Source of the DNA: a virus
Reading direction: 5' to 3' (one strand)
Length of the DNA: 35,895 bases
IMG/VR virus record: IMGVR_UViG_3300020191_000002
The translations under genes were made by a program, and so were the position numbers. Positions 1 to 8,094 of the stretch are shown here, piece after piece. The notes under the pieces were generated by a model. The model searched no databases and was not told the origin of the DNA. It saw nothing but the letters and a program-made list of their open reading frames with translations. Positions within the stretch are counted from its first letter, which is position 1. Each line of letters opens with the position of its first letter.

Positions 1-65
1 CCCGTGTACTACCACGGAATAACCCGTGTACTACCACGGAATAACCCGTGTACTACCACGGAATA
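1..65. repeat. Left terminal repeat: three tandem copies of the 22-bp unit CCCGTGTACTACCACGGAATAA (third copy 21 nt)
   Basis: Read directly. 1-65 is base-for-base identical to 35831-35895. Each unit contains the inverted repeat CCGTG-N6-CACGG. Confidence 0.9.
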
Positions 66-281
66 CCATGGCGATGGACTGCTATGGACCTCTGCAGAAT
101 TCCTGAGAAGCTTCCCGTGTATTCATAAGGAATCAGGCCTACCGGGGGGGACCCATGGAGCCAACGCTTCTATGTATATACCCTCAGGACCACATGAGAA
201 GCAATTTCGAAGTCCCTGAATTAGATAATTAACTTGAGCATACTAAAATTAACTCTTGACTTCTCAGGTTGGGCGGGGTAT

Positions 282-421
282 TCCTAAGAAGTCCTAAGAA
301 ACTGCTTGACTTTAGTCTCAATATATGATATAATATAGTTATACTTAAGACATCTTAGGTTATTCATTAAGTAGTTTATTAAAATTAATAACATAGTAAC
401 ATCTTAAGACTTCTTAAGTAA
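282..421. promoter_or_regulatory. Three 10-bp-phased pairs of TCYTARGA octamers (282-301, 343-362, 402-421) bracketing the rightward promoter
   Basis: TCCTAAGAAG/TCCTAAGAAA, ACTTAAGACA/TCTTAGGTTA and TCTTAAGACT/TCTTAAGTAA. The core TCTTAAGA is itself palindromic. All copies lie in non-coding DNA. Confidence 0.55.
306..334 (+). promoter_or_regulatory. Sigma70-type promoter for the rightward arm
   Basis: TTGACT (306-311), 17-nt spacer, TATAAT (329-334), with an extended -10 TG (TGATATAAT). It sits about 130 nt upstream of the first SD-led ORF. Confidence 0.75.
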
Positions 422-466
422 GCAAAACCACTAGGTTTTGGAGTTTGTCTTTTAAAGGAGGTCGTC

Positions 467-535
467 ATGTACGGTTACGGTAAGAAGAAACCTACTAAGA
501 AAACTACGAAAAAGAAGCCTAAGAAAAACAAATGA
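467..535 (+). CDS. 22-aa lysine-rich micro-ORF (MYGYGKKKPTKKTTKKKPKKNK)
   Basis: The ATG lies 7 nt after AAAGGAGG. The stop overlaps the next ATG (ATGA). Below the ORF-track size cutoff. Confidence 0.45.
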   Translation: MYGYGKKKPTKKTTKKKPKKNK

Positions 536-780
536 TAACTTATCGTGGCGAAAAGTTCTCAGGTTACAATAAACCAAAGAGAACTCCGGGAAAATCTAAA
601 AAGTTTGCAGTTGCAGCTAAGAAAGGTGACACTGTGAAGCTAATTAGGTTCGGTGATCCAAACATGACAATTAAAAAAGATCAACCTAACCGACGCAAAA
701 GCTTTCGTGCAAGGCATAAGTGCGACACAAGTCCTCCAGATAAACTTAGTGCTAGGTACTGGAGTTGTAAAAAATGGTAG
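532..780 (+). CDS. Small basic protein, unknown function
   Basis: 82 aa, K/R-rich. The RFGDPNM...RRKSFRARHKC...YWS pattern recalls a small conserved viral family (from memory, unverified). ATGA-coupled to the micro-ORF. Confidence 0.7.
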   Translation: MITYRGEKFSGYNKPKRTPGKSKKFAVAAKKGDTVKLIRFGDPNMTIKKDQPNRRKSFRARHKCDTSPPDKLSARYWSCKKW

Positions 781-816
781 ACTTCCTACGTAGTAGGGCA
801 AAGTCAGGGGTAATGA

Positions 817-1188
817 ATGTCAGATACAGAAGTAAAGAAGAAAAGAGGCAATCCTAATTTCCGTAAAGGAATGAAACCCCTGAATCCAGAAGGAAGGCCG
901 AAAGGTTCTCTTAATAAATTTACAAAGCTCTCAAGAGAACTTATGTCCTCCAAAGGACCAGAGATTGTAAACAAGGTTATTGAGTTAGCATTAGAAGGCG
1001 ACAGGCACTGCCTTAAGATGTGCATGGATAGAATTATTCCTACTACAAAAGCTGTAGAGATTACAACAGAACACAAAGATTTAGGAATAAATATCATTAT
1101 TGACAGTGTTAAAGCAGTAGAAAGACAAGAAGAAAAAGAATTTAAGACAATCGAAGCTGAATACGTAGAAGAAAAAAAGAATGACTGA
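817..1188 (+). CDS. terS: Terminase small subunit candidate (DUF5681-like N-terminus)
   Basis: GNPNFRKG...NPEGRPKGS motif. Lies immediately upstream of TerL with an 8-nt overlap. Confidence 0.65.
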   Translation: MSDTEVKKKRGNPNFRKGMKPLNPEGRPKGSLNKFTKLSRELMSSKGPEIVNKVIELALEGDRHCLKMCMDRIIPTTKAVEITTEHKDLGINIIIDSVKAVERQEEKEFKTIEAEYVEEKKND

Positions 1189-2452
1189 TCTTAATGTATC
1201 ACTCCATGATGCACAGATGGAAATCTTTAAGTCAGAGAAACGTTTTAAAGTAGCAAGTTGCGGAAGACGTTTTGGTAAGAGTTACTTAGCTGCTTGGGTT
1301 CTAATCATCAAGGCACTACAAAGCCCAGCAAAGGATGTCTTCTACGTTGCACCTACGTTTCAACAAGCCAAAGATATTCTTTGGAGTATTCTTAAGGATG
1401 TAGGTCAGGATGTAATTAAAGCAGCGCATGAGAATACTGCCACACTTACTTTGGTCAACGACAGGAAAATTTACCTGAAGGGATCAGACAGGCCAGATAC
1501 ATTACGAGGTGTGGGCCTAGCGTATGTTGTAATGGATGAGTATGCCTCTATGAAACCAGAGGTATGGGAGATGATTCTCAGGCCTACCTTGGCAGATGTC
1601 AAAGGCGGCGCGTTGTTCATAGGAACACCCGCAGGTAAGAACCACTTCTTTCAACTGTGGCAGGATGCACAGCTACCAGAAAATGAAGATAACTGGGATT
1701 CGTTTCAATTCAACTCTACTGATAATCCATTCCTTGATCCAGAAGAAATTGAAGCAGCTAAAAAATCAATGTCTACTCAGGCATTTCGACAAGAGTTTGA
1801 AGCAACTTTCGAAAGTTTTTCTGGTGGTGTATTTAAAGAGGAGTGGGTAACGTATGCTGAAGATGATGTCTTCGACGATGATTCAAAAGGCCATTATGTG
1901 GTGTCGGTGGACCCTGCAGGTTACGAAAAAGCTGACAAAGGCCGTGGTATTAAAAGTTCAAAGCTGGATGAAACAGCTATATCAGTGGTTAAAATCGTTG
2001 GTGACGAGTGGCTAGTAAAAGATATCCACCACGGTAGGTGGGGTGTAAAAGAAACTGCTACAAAGATTATTGATATAGCTTCTGATGTTAAAGCAAGCAC
2101 CGTAGGTATTGAAGCAGGTGCGCTGAAAAACGCAGTAATGCCTTACATCGAAGATGAGATGCGTACTAGAAGTAAATGGATTAACATTACCGATGTAACT
2201 CACGGCGGCAAAAGAAAACAAGACAGAATAGTCTGGGCTTTGCAAGGCAGGATGGAACACGGTAAGATTAAATTTAGAAAAGCTAACTGGAACCATGACT
2301 TTATTTCTCAAATGCTAGACTTTCCAAGTTCTCTATCCCATGATGACCTTTTGGATTCTCTGGCCTACATAGATCAAGTCTCAGTTGCGGACTTTGCACA
2401 GTCAATAGAAATCGAAGAATGGGAACCACTAGATACTGTATCGGGATATTAA
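1181..2452 (+). CDS. terL: Terminase large subunit
   Basis: Walker A-like CGRRFGKSY and Walker B-like VVMDEY, with a C-terminal nuclease-like half. Position between TerS and portal. Confidence 0.9.
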   Translation: MTDLNVSLHDAQMEIFKSEKRFKVASCGRRFGKSYLAAWVLIIKALQSPAKDVFYVAPTFQQAKDILWSILKDVGQDVIKAAHENTATLTLVNDRKIYLKGSDRPDTLRGVGLAYVVMDEYASMKPEVWEMILRPTLADVKGGALFIGTPAGKNHFFQLWQDAQLPENEDNWDSFQFNSTDNPFLDPEEIEAAKKSMSTQAFRQEFEATFESFSGGVFKEEWVTYAEDDVFDDDSKGHYVVSVDPAGYEKADKGRGIKSSKLDETAISVVKIVGDEWLVKDIHHGRWGVKETATKIIDIASDVKASTVGIEAGALKNAVMPYIEDEMRTRSKWINITDVTHGGKRKQDRIVWALQGRMEHGKIKFRKANWNHDFISQMLDFPSSLSHDDLLDSLAYIDQVSVADFAQSIEIEEWEPLDTVSGY

Positions 2453-2455
2453 TTT

Positions 2456-4399
2456 ATGGATGAACTGTCGTATAAAGACCCCCAAGCATCCCTAGCTACG
2501 TGGATTATGGATAAGGTTGAAGAGTGGGAAGACCACCGTAATCTTAACTATATGGACAAGTGGGACGAATACTACCGTATTTGGCGTGGCGTGTGGTCAT
2601 ATGAAGACAAGATGCGTGACTCTGAAAAGTCTAAATTGATTTCTCCTGCTACTCAGCAAGCTATTGAGTCTACTGTCTCTGAACTGGAAGAAGCTATCTT
2701 TGGAAGGGATCAGTGGTTTGATTTGAGAGATGACGTTCTTGATCAAAACCCCACAGACGCTACAGTAGTTAAAATCCTTCTTCAGGAAGACCTTGAAAAA
2801 AACAAATGCAAGGACGCTATTGTTGAATGTCTTCTAAATGCTGCTATTTACGGTACTGGCATTGCCAAAATAAACGTAGTAGATGAAATTGAAAGAGTTC
2901 CTTTTGAAGCTCCTGTTCCCAATACGCTTACTACAGAGGTATCAACTGTTGAAACAGTAATCACTGCTGTAAAAGTAGACTCCCTTACTCCTAAAGAGTT
3001 TGTGATTGATCCTTGTGTTACGTCTATTGATGATGCTTTGGGTGTAGCGCAGATCGTTACCAAGCCAAAGTATGAAATCATGGAAGGAATTAAGGAAGGT
3101 GTCTACGAAGATAAACCTCTCGGCAGTTACGATAAAGTAGATTTTGGGTACGATGACGAATCTTCTGCTGATCTTTCTGATATGGATAAAGTTAAGATTG
3201 TAGAATACTGGGGTCGAGTTCCCAAGAAGTATTTGACTTCTAAGAATGACGAAACATACGAAGAATTTGACTACGAAGACGATGAACTTGTAGAAGCTGT
3301 TGTAGTCATTGCCAACGACTCTGTAGTTCTTAAGGCAGCAGAAAACCCTTACCTTATGAAAGATCGCCCGTTCGTTTCTTTCCAGCTAGACCGTGTTCCT
3401 AATAAATTTTGGGGTCGTGGTATAGCAGAAAAGGGTTACAATCCTCAGAAAGCTCTTGACGCAGAGCTTCGTGCAAGGATTGACGCACTAGCTTTGACTA
3501 CTCATCCTATGATGGGAGTAGACGCCACTCGTCTTCCAAGGGGAGTTAAGTTTGAAGTTAAAGCCGGTAAGACTATTCTTACAAATGGCGACCCAAGAGC
3601 TACACTGTTTCCTCTGAACTTTGGAAATGTTTCACAGAATACGTTTACTGAAAGTGCAGAGCTAGAGCGTATGGTTCAAATGGGAACCGGAGCTATGGAC
3701 GGAGCCAATAGTAACTTCTCTAATCCCAGAAACTCTACGGCATCTGGAATGTCCATGATTCAGGCAGCGTCTATTAAGCGACAGAAGCGCACCATTATGA
3801 ATTTTCAGGAAAACTTCCTTATTCCTATGATTGAAAAGACGGCACTGCGCTACATTCAATTTTCACCGGAACGTTATCCTGCAGGGGACTACAAGTTTAA
3901 AGCTTACTCGACTATGGGAATTATGGCGAAAGAGCTAGAAATGACGCAGCTTATCCAGTTGATGTCTATGACCCAGCCGGGAACCCCTCCCCACTCTATG
4001 CTTCTTATGTCCATCTTTGAAAACAGTTCTGCTGCTAATCGTGATCAAATGAAACAAGCCATTGCTATGACAATGCAGCCTGATCCTCAACAGCAGCAGA
4101 TTCAGCAGTTGGTTCAGCAGCTTGAGCTTCAGAAGCTTCAGATGGAAATTGAAGAGATGAAAGCTGGCGCTATGAAGGATACTGCTCATGCAGTAAAGCT
4201 TACTTCAGATGCTCAGGGTGTTCCTAGCGAAGTTGACATGGTTAAGATGCAGGTTGATCTTGCTGAAAAACTAGCACGTATTGAAAAAATTAAAGTAGAT
4301 TCTGAAAACGTAAGGTCCGAAACAATGCGTAACGGTCCTGAAATGCAGCATCTACAATCGGAAACGCTTCTGAATATTGCTAAAGCGAGGCAAGCTTGA
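2456..4399 (+). CDS. Portal protein
   Basis: 647 aa, directly after TerL. Gln-rich coiled C-terminus. Call rests on size and synteny. Confidence 0.75.
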   Translation: MDELSYKDPQASLATWIMDKVEEWEDHRNLNYMDKWDEYYRIWRGVWSYEDKMRDSEKSKLISPATQQAIESTVSELEEAIFGRDQWFDLRDDVLDQNPTDATVVKILLQEDLEKNKCKDAIVECLLNAAIYGTGIAKINVVDEIERVPFEAPVPNTLTTEVSTVETVITAVKVDSLTPKEFVIDPCVTSIDDALGVAQIVTKPKYEIMEGIKEGVYEDKPLGSYDKVDFGYDDESSADLSDMDKVKIVEYWGRVPKKYLTSKNDETYEEFDYEDDELVEAVVVIANDSVVLKAAENPYLMKDRPFVSFQLDRVPNKFWGRGIAEKGYNPQKALDAELRARIDALALTTHPMMGVDATRLPRGVKFEVKAGKTILTNGDPRATLFPLNFGNVSQNTFTESAELERMVQMGTGAMDGANSNFSNPRNSTASGMSMIQAASIKRQKRTIMNFQENFLIPMIEKTALRYIQFSPERYPAGDYKFKAYSTMGIMAKELEMTQLIQLMSMTQPGTPPHSMLLMSIFENSSAANRDQMKQAIAMTMQPDPQQQQIQQLVQQLELQKLQMEIEEMKAGAMKDTAHAVKLTSDAQGVPSEVDMVKMQVDLAEKLARIEKIKVDSENVRSETMRNGPEMQHLQSETLLNIAKARQA

Positions 4400-4617
4400 C
4401 CGATAAAGAAATTCTTGAGCAACGTCTAAGTCTGTTTACTAATGACGCTTGGCTCTCCTTTTCAAAAGAACTGGAAGAGCTTGCACAATCGTTAGAAAAC
4501 ATTCAGACTATAGACGACGAGAAGACCCTCTTCTTAAGGAGAGGACAAGTGGACATGCTAAACATGATTATAAATCTGGAAGCAACCACTAAATTAGCGT
4601 TGGATCAATTAGATTAA
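4396..4617 (+). CDS. Hypothetical protein (73 aa)
   Basis: TTG start 5 nt after GAGG, overlapping the portal stop. No ATG alternative near the 5' end. Confidence 0.5.
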   Translation: MTDKEILEQRLSLFTNDAWLSFSKELEELAQSLENIQTIDDEKTLFLRRGQVDMLNMIINLEATTKLALDQLD

Positions 4618-4675
4618 AACCTAATCCCAACTTGTTTTAACTCCATAATCTTATTTTAGACGGAGGATTAGTTAT

Positions 4676-5467
4676 ATGGATAGTGTTGTTGTAGAAGAAT
4701 ATCAAGAGACTGCCGAGGAAGCTGAACAGTATGCGAGTATCGAAGAGGCTCCAGAAGTGGAACAACCTCAAGCAGAACCGGAGGTCGAACTCCCTGAAAA
4801 GTTTCAGGGTAAATCGATGGAGGAAATTGTTTCTTCATACGAAAATCTCGAAAAAGAACTGGGAAGAAAAGGTCAGGAAATAGGTGAACTACGTAAACTG
4901 ACCGATGGTATTCTTCAGCAACAGGTTGCCAACAACGACAGCGGAGCAACGGCGCAAGAAGAGGATGTAGATTTTTTTGATGACCCTGAACGAGCAGTCA
5001 GTAAAGCCATTGAAAATCATCCGAAGTTTCGTGAATTTGAAGAGCAGCAGAAGATACAGCATATCAATGCTACAACTCAGAAAATTCAACAGGCGCATCC
5101 TGATTTCTTAGATATCGTTCAAGATACTAAATTTCAGGAGTGGGTTAAGGACAGTCCAGTGAGGCAGCATCTTTTTTCTGCTGCTCACAATCGCTATAAC
5201 TACAATGCCGCAATGGAACTTTTCAATAACTGGAAAGAGCGGTCTTTGATTAGCAACACTCAAGAAGCGGAAGCAACTAAAACTGCTAACCGTAGCCAAG
5301 CTCTCAGGGCTGGCAAGGGTGTATCTAGGACTTCTTCTGAATCCACAACCGGTAAGAAAATCTACCGTAGAGCCGATCTTATTCGACTAAAGACAAATGA
5401 TCCTTCGCGTTATGAAGCACTACAGGATGAAATCCTAGCAGCATACGCAGAGGGTCGAGTGAAATAA
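4676..5467 (+). CDS. Scaffolding protein candidate
   Basis: SD GGAGGA. Acidic, helical, low-complexity 263 aa located between portal and capsid. Confidence 0.6.
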   Translation: MDSVVVEEYQETAEEAEQYASIEEAPEVEQPQAEPEVELPEKFQGKSMEEIVSSYENLEKELGRKGQEIGELRKLTDGILQQQVANNDSGATAQEEDVDFFDDPERAVSKAIENHPKFREFEEQQKIQHINATTQKIQQAHPDFLDIVQDTKFQEWVKDSPVRQHLFSAAHNRYNYNAAMELFNNWKERSLISNTQEAEATKTANRSQALRAGKGVSRTSSESTTGKKIYRRADLIRLKTNDPSRYEALQDEILAAYAEGRVK

Positions 5468-5493
5468 CCTCAAAGATTTAAGGAGTAAATACA

Positions 5494-6417
5494 ATGGCTT
5501 TGGGTTCTAATCATCAGACTACCACGACTGCAGCAAACTTTATCCCCGAACTGTGGTCGGATGAAGTTATTGCCGGGTACAAGAAAAATCTTGTTCTTGG
5601 TAATGTCGTTACTCGCATCAACCATGCCGGTAAAAAAGGCGATGCAATCAACATTCCTGCGCCTGTTCGTGGCTCGGCTAATGTTAAGGGAGCTAACTCT
5701 CAGGTTACGCTTCAGGGTGACACGCACAATACAGTTCAGGTCAGCATTAACAAGCACTATGAATATTCTGTCCTGATCGAAGACATCACGGAAGTTCAGT
5801 CGCTTCAGTCGCTTCGCCGGTTCTACACCGACGACGCTGGCTACGCTCTTGCTACTCAGGTGGATACCGACATCTTCGCGCTTACTGAGGGTCTTCAGGG
5901 CGGTGTTGTTGGTGGTACGGGCGCGGCTCTGTACGAAAAGGCTGTTATCGGTGGTGACGGCACGACTCTGTACACGGGTGCCTCTTCAAACGCTACCGAC
6001 ATTACGGATGCTGGTATTCGTGCCATGATCCTTAAGCTGGATAATGCCGATGTTCCTATGGATAACCGCTGCATGGTTATTCCCCCGATTGCTGCCAACG
6101 ACATGCTTGGCATCAACCGTTTCACTGAGCAGCAGTTCATTGGTAACGGCGAAGCAATCAAGACCGGCAAGATTGGTAGCATCTACGGCATGGACGTTTT
6201 TGTTTCGTCTAACTGCCCGTCGATTAACAGCGATGCACAGCGCGTTGGTGTTATGATGCACAAGGATGCTCTGTGCCTTGCTGAACAGATGGGCGTTCGC
6301 TCCCAGACTCAGTACAAGCAGGAATATCTTGGTGATCTCTTCACGGCTGATACGCTGTACGGTGTTTCGGAACTCCGTGACAACGCTGGTGTGGCTTTTG
6401 TTGTACCGGCTGCTTAA
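5494..6417 (+). CDS. Major capsid protein
   Basis: SD AAGGAG. N-terminal FIPELWS motif typical of HK97-fold podovirus capsid proteins. Followed by a strong terminator. G+C-rich. Confidence 0.85.
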   Translation: MALGSNHQTTTTAANFIPELWSDEVIAGYKKNLVLGNVVTRINHAGKKGDAINIPAPVRGSANVKGANSQVTLQGDTHNTVQVSINKHYEYSVLIEDITEVQSLQSLRRFYTDDAGYALATQVDTDIFALTEGLQGGVVGGTGAALYEKAVIGGDGTTLYTGASSNATDITDAGIRAMILKLDNADVPMDNRCMVIPPIAANDMLGINRFTEQQFIGNGEAIKTGKIGSIYGMDVFVSSNCPSINSDAQRVGVMMHKDALCLAEQMGVRSQTQYKQEYLGDLFTADTLYGVSELRDNAGVAFVVPAA

Positions 6418-6425
6418 GTAGTCTA

Positions 6426-6460
6426 GGGGACTCCGGGTAACTCTGGAGTCCCCATTTTCT
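6426..6460 (+). terminator. Intrinsic terminator after the capsid gene
   Basis: GGGGACTCC (6426-6434) pairs with GGAGTCCCC (6445-6453) as a perfect 9-bp stem, followed by ATTTTCT. Confidence 0.8.
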
Positions 6461-6471
6461 CAGGAGGAACT

Positions 6472-6678
6472 ATGCCTACATACGACTATGCTTGCCGAAC
6501 TTGTTATAATGTTCAAGAAGAGTTTCGTACAGTAATTGAACGTTCTGATCCCGTTGAGTGTAATCTTTGTGGAAGCAACATGGTTCAAGCAGTTTCTAAA
6601 CCAAATATTCAAACTCTTACTTCAGATGAACGTTGGGTAAGAGAACATGAAGTAAATGGAAATGGAGTACGATCCTAA
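6472..6678 (+). CDS. FmdB-family zinc-ribbon protein
   Basis: SD AGGAGG. MPTYDYAC..C...(x)...C..CGS is the signature of the FmdB CxxC...CxxC ribbon. Confidence 0.7.
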   Translation: MPTYDYACRTCYNVQEEFRTVIERSDPVECNLCGSNMVQAVSKPNIQTLTSDERWVREHEVNGNGVRS

Positions 6679-7247
6679 TGTTAACTCTTGAGTCGGCCTT
6701 AACAGACACAAGCTATGATCTTGAGCTTGAAAAAATTAAAAATAAAATTAAACAGTTGTACACTAATTTAATTACACAAACTTATAAAGTTTCAAATCCT
6801 TCAGCATCTCCAGAAGACATACAGAATTTTCTTGAGTTAAACGAATTAGAGTTTAAAGGAGACGGCTTTGAAGAAGAGTCAGAGGATTTAGAATCTCTTC
6901 TTGAGGCGCTTTCTAAAGAAGACGACTTAGAAGAAGTTAAAGATAAATCCTACGAAAAACCTGACGTAGAGAACGGAAGAGAACTTAAAAGTAAATCAAA
7001 AGAAAAGACTACTGCTCCGACTACTAAGGTTGTTAACATACAGAGTGGGGGCTTGTTTACACCAAAAGATAAAAACACAATTCCCAAGACTTCTGCTTTA
7101 AAAATACCAACAGGTAAAATACAACGCAGCATTACAGATAATCCTTCGGTAAATACTTTGGGGTTAAAAGATATTTGGGATGAAGAAAGAAACAAACTAC
7201 TTGCGTTAGTACAGAAAAGAAACAAGGAAAACGGGGTTAGGTTGTAA
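6678..7247 (+). CDS. Hypothetical protein (189 aa), acidic N-half and basic C-half
   Basis: TAATG coupling to the upstream gene. No recognisable motif. Confidence 0.65.
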   Translation: MLTLESALTDTSYDLELEKIKNKIKQLYTNLITQTYKVSNPSASPEDIQNFLELNELEFKGDGFEEESEDLESLLEALSKEDDLEEVKDKSYEKPDVENGRELKSKSKEKTTAPTTKVVNIQSGGLFTPKDKNTIPKTSALKIPTGKIQRSITDNPSVNTLGLKDIWDEERNKLLALVQKRNKENGVRL

Positions 7248-7248
7248 A

Positions 7249-7371
7249 ATGAAAACAGTTAAAAATAGAAAAGCTGGTAGTTTCGTTAAAAAGAAAAAGA
7301 AAAAAATGACGGAAGAAAAGAAAAAAAAGAACCTTGCTCGTTGGGCAGGAGAAAGACTTAGAGTTTCTTAA
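7249..7371 (+). CDS. 40-aa lysine-rich micro-ORF
   Basis: MKTVKNRKAGSFVKKKKKKMTEEKKKKNLARWAGERLRVS. Contains A7 (7300-7306) and A8 (7321-7328) runs. TAATG-coupled to the next ORF. Confidence 0.4.
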   Translation: MKTVKNRKAGSFVKKKKKKMTEEKKKKNLARWAGERLRVS

Positions 7372-7568
7372 TGCCCAGAGGAAGAACAAGGCCTTTAGTT
7401 AAACCTTTTCCTCGTAGTCAAACTCCAAAGTGGGACAGGCAGCAACTTTTTATAAAGCTTTCTAATCAACGTCAGGACGAAAGATCACCTGTTGCTGCAG
7501 GAGATCAGGCGTTGTTTGGAAGTCCGCGATCACTATACGGAATAGCTAGATATTCTTCCAACAGTTAA
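7371..7568 (+). CDS. Hypothetical protein (65 aa)
   Basis: Coupled start. The C-terminal SLYGIARY matches SLYGIAKY in ORF 13224..14864. Confidence 0.5.
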   Translation: MPRGRTRPLVKPFPRSQTPKWDRQQLFIKLSNQRQDERSPVAAGDQALFGSPRSLYGIARYSSNS

Positions 7569-7584
7569 ATCTAAGAGGTAACAA

Positions 7585-8094
7585 ATGAGTGACTATACAA
7601 TCCAAGTTAGCTGGTCCGGTAAAGATGGTTTAGCTGATTCAGACCCAAATAAAATTATTTCTGGTGCAGACTTTAATACTGAATTTGCTGCAGTTCAAAC
7701 AGCAGTAAATAGTAAATACGATTCTACTGATCTGGGTGTAACTCTTCAGCAACATGACGCTGATACTGCTAAAACTGACGTTGCTCAAACGTTTACCGTT
7801 AGTCAGCGTGGTACTATTTCCACGGACAATGACCTGTCATTTGACCAGAATGCAACAAACAACTTCAAATGCACACCCAGCGGCACCGGCACCCTGACGT
7901 TCACGAACCACACCGCTGGGCAGTCAGGCAACATCCTGCTGGACAACAGCGGCGGTCATGCAATCTCTCTGGCGGCGACGACCAAGGGTGACGCGAACCT
8001 AGCGACGACGATCAGCGTGGCTGGCACCTATTGGCTTTCGTATTACGACGACGGCACGAACGCTTATGTCGTTACCAGTGCGGTGTTTGCTTAA
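7585..8094 (+). CDS. Tail-fibre-associated protein (169 aa)
   Basis: SD AAGAGG. The N-terminus (ISGADFNTEFAAVQTAVNSK) resembles podovirus fibre N-termini (from memory). TAATG coupling to the large fibre gene. G+C rises mid-gene. Confidence 0.5.
   Translation: MSDYTIQVSWSGKDGLADSDPNKIISGADFNTEFAAVQTAVNSKYDSTDLGVTLQQHDADTAKTDVAQTFTVSQRGTISTDNDLSFDQNATNNFKCTPSGTGTLTFTNHTAGQSGNILLDNSGGHAISLAATTKGDANLATTISVAGTYWLSYYDDGTNAYVVTSAVFA

Noticed and set aside
1-65. Possible CRISPR array
   Set aside because: The 22-bp units are directly tandem with no spacers, and the block is duplicated at the other end. This is a terminal or tandem repeat, not CRISPR.
4-219. 71-aa plus-strand ORF starting inside the terminal repeat
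   Set aside because: It begins within the tandem repeat and has no SD. It lies upstream of the rightward promoter in a region full of repeat motifs, so it is most likely non-coding.
256-284. Second rightward promoter (TTGACT-17-TATTCC)
   Set aside because: The -35 is good but the -10 is poor. It is kept only as a weak possibility next to the consensus promoter at 306-334.
8031-8093. TTG-initiated 21-codon N-terminal extension of the tail-fibre ORF
   Set aside because: It would overlap the preceding gene by 64 nt. The ATG at 8094 overlaps the upstream stop (TAATG), like most junctions in this arm.
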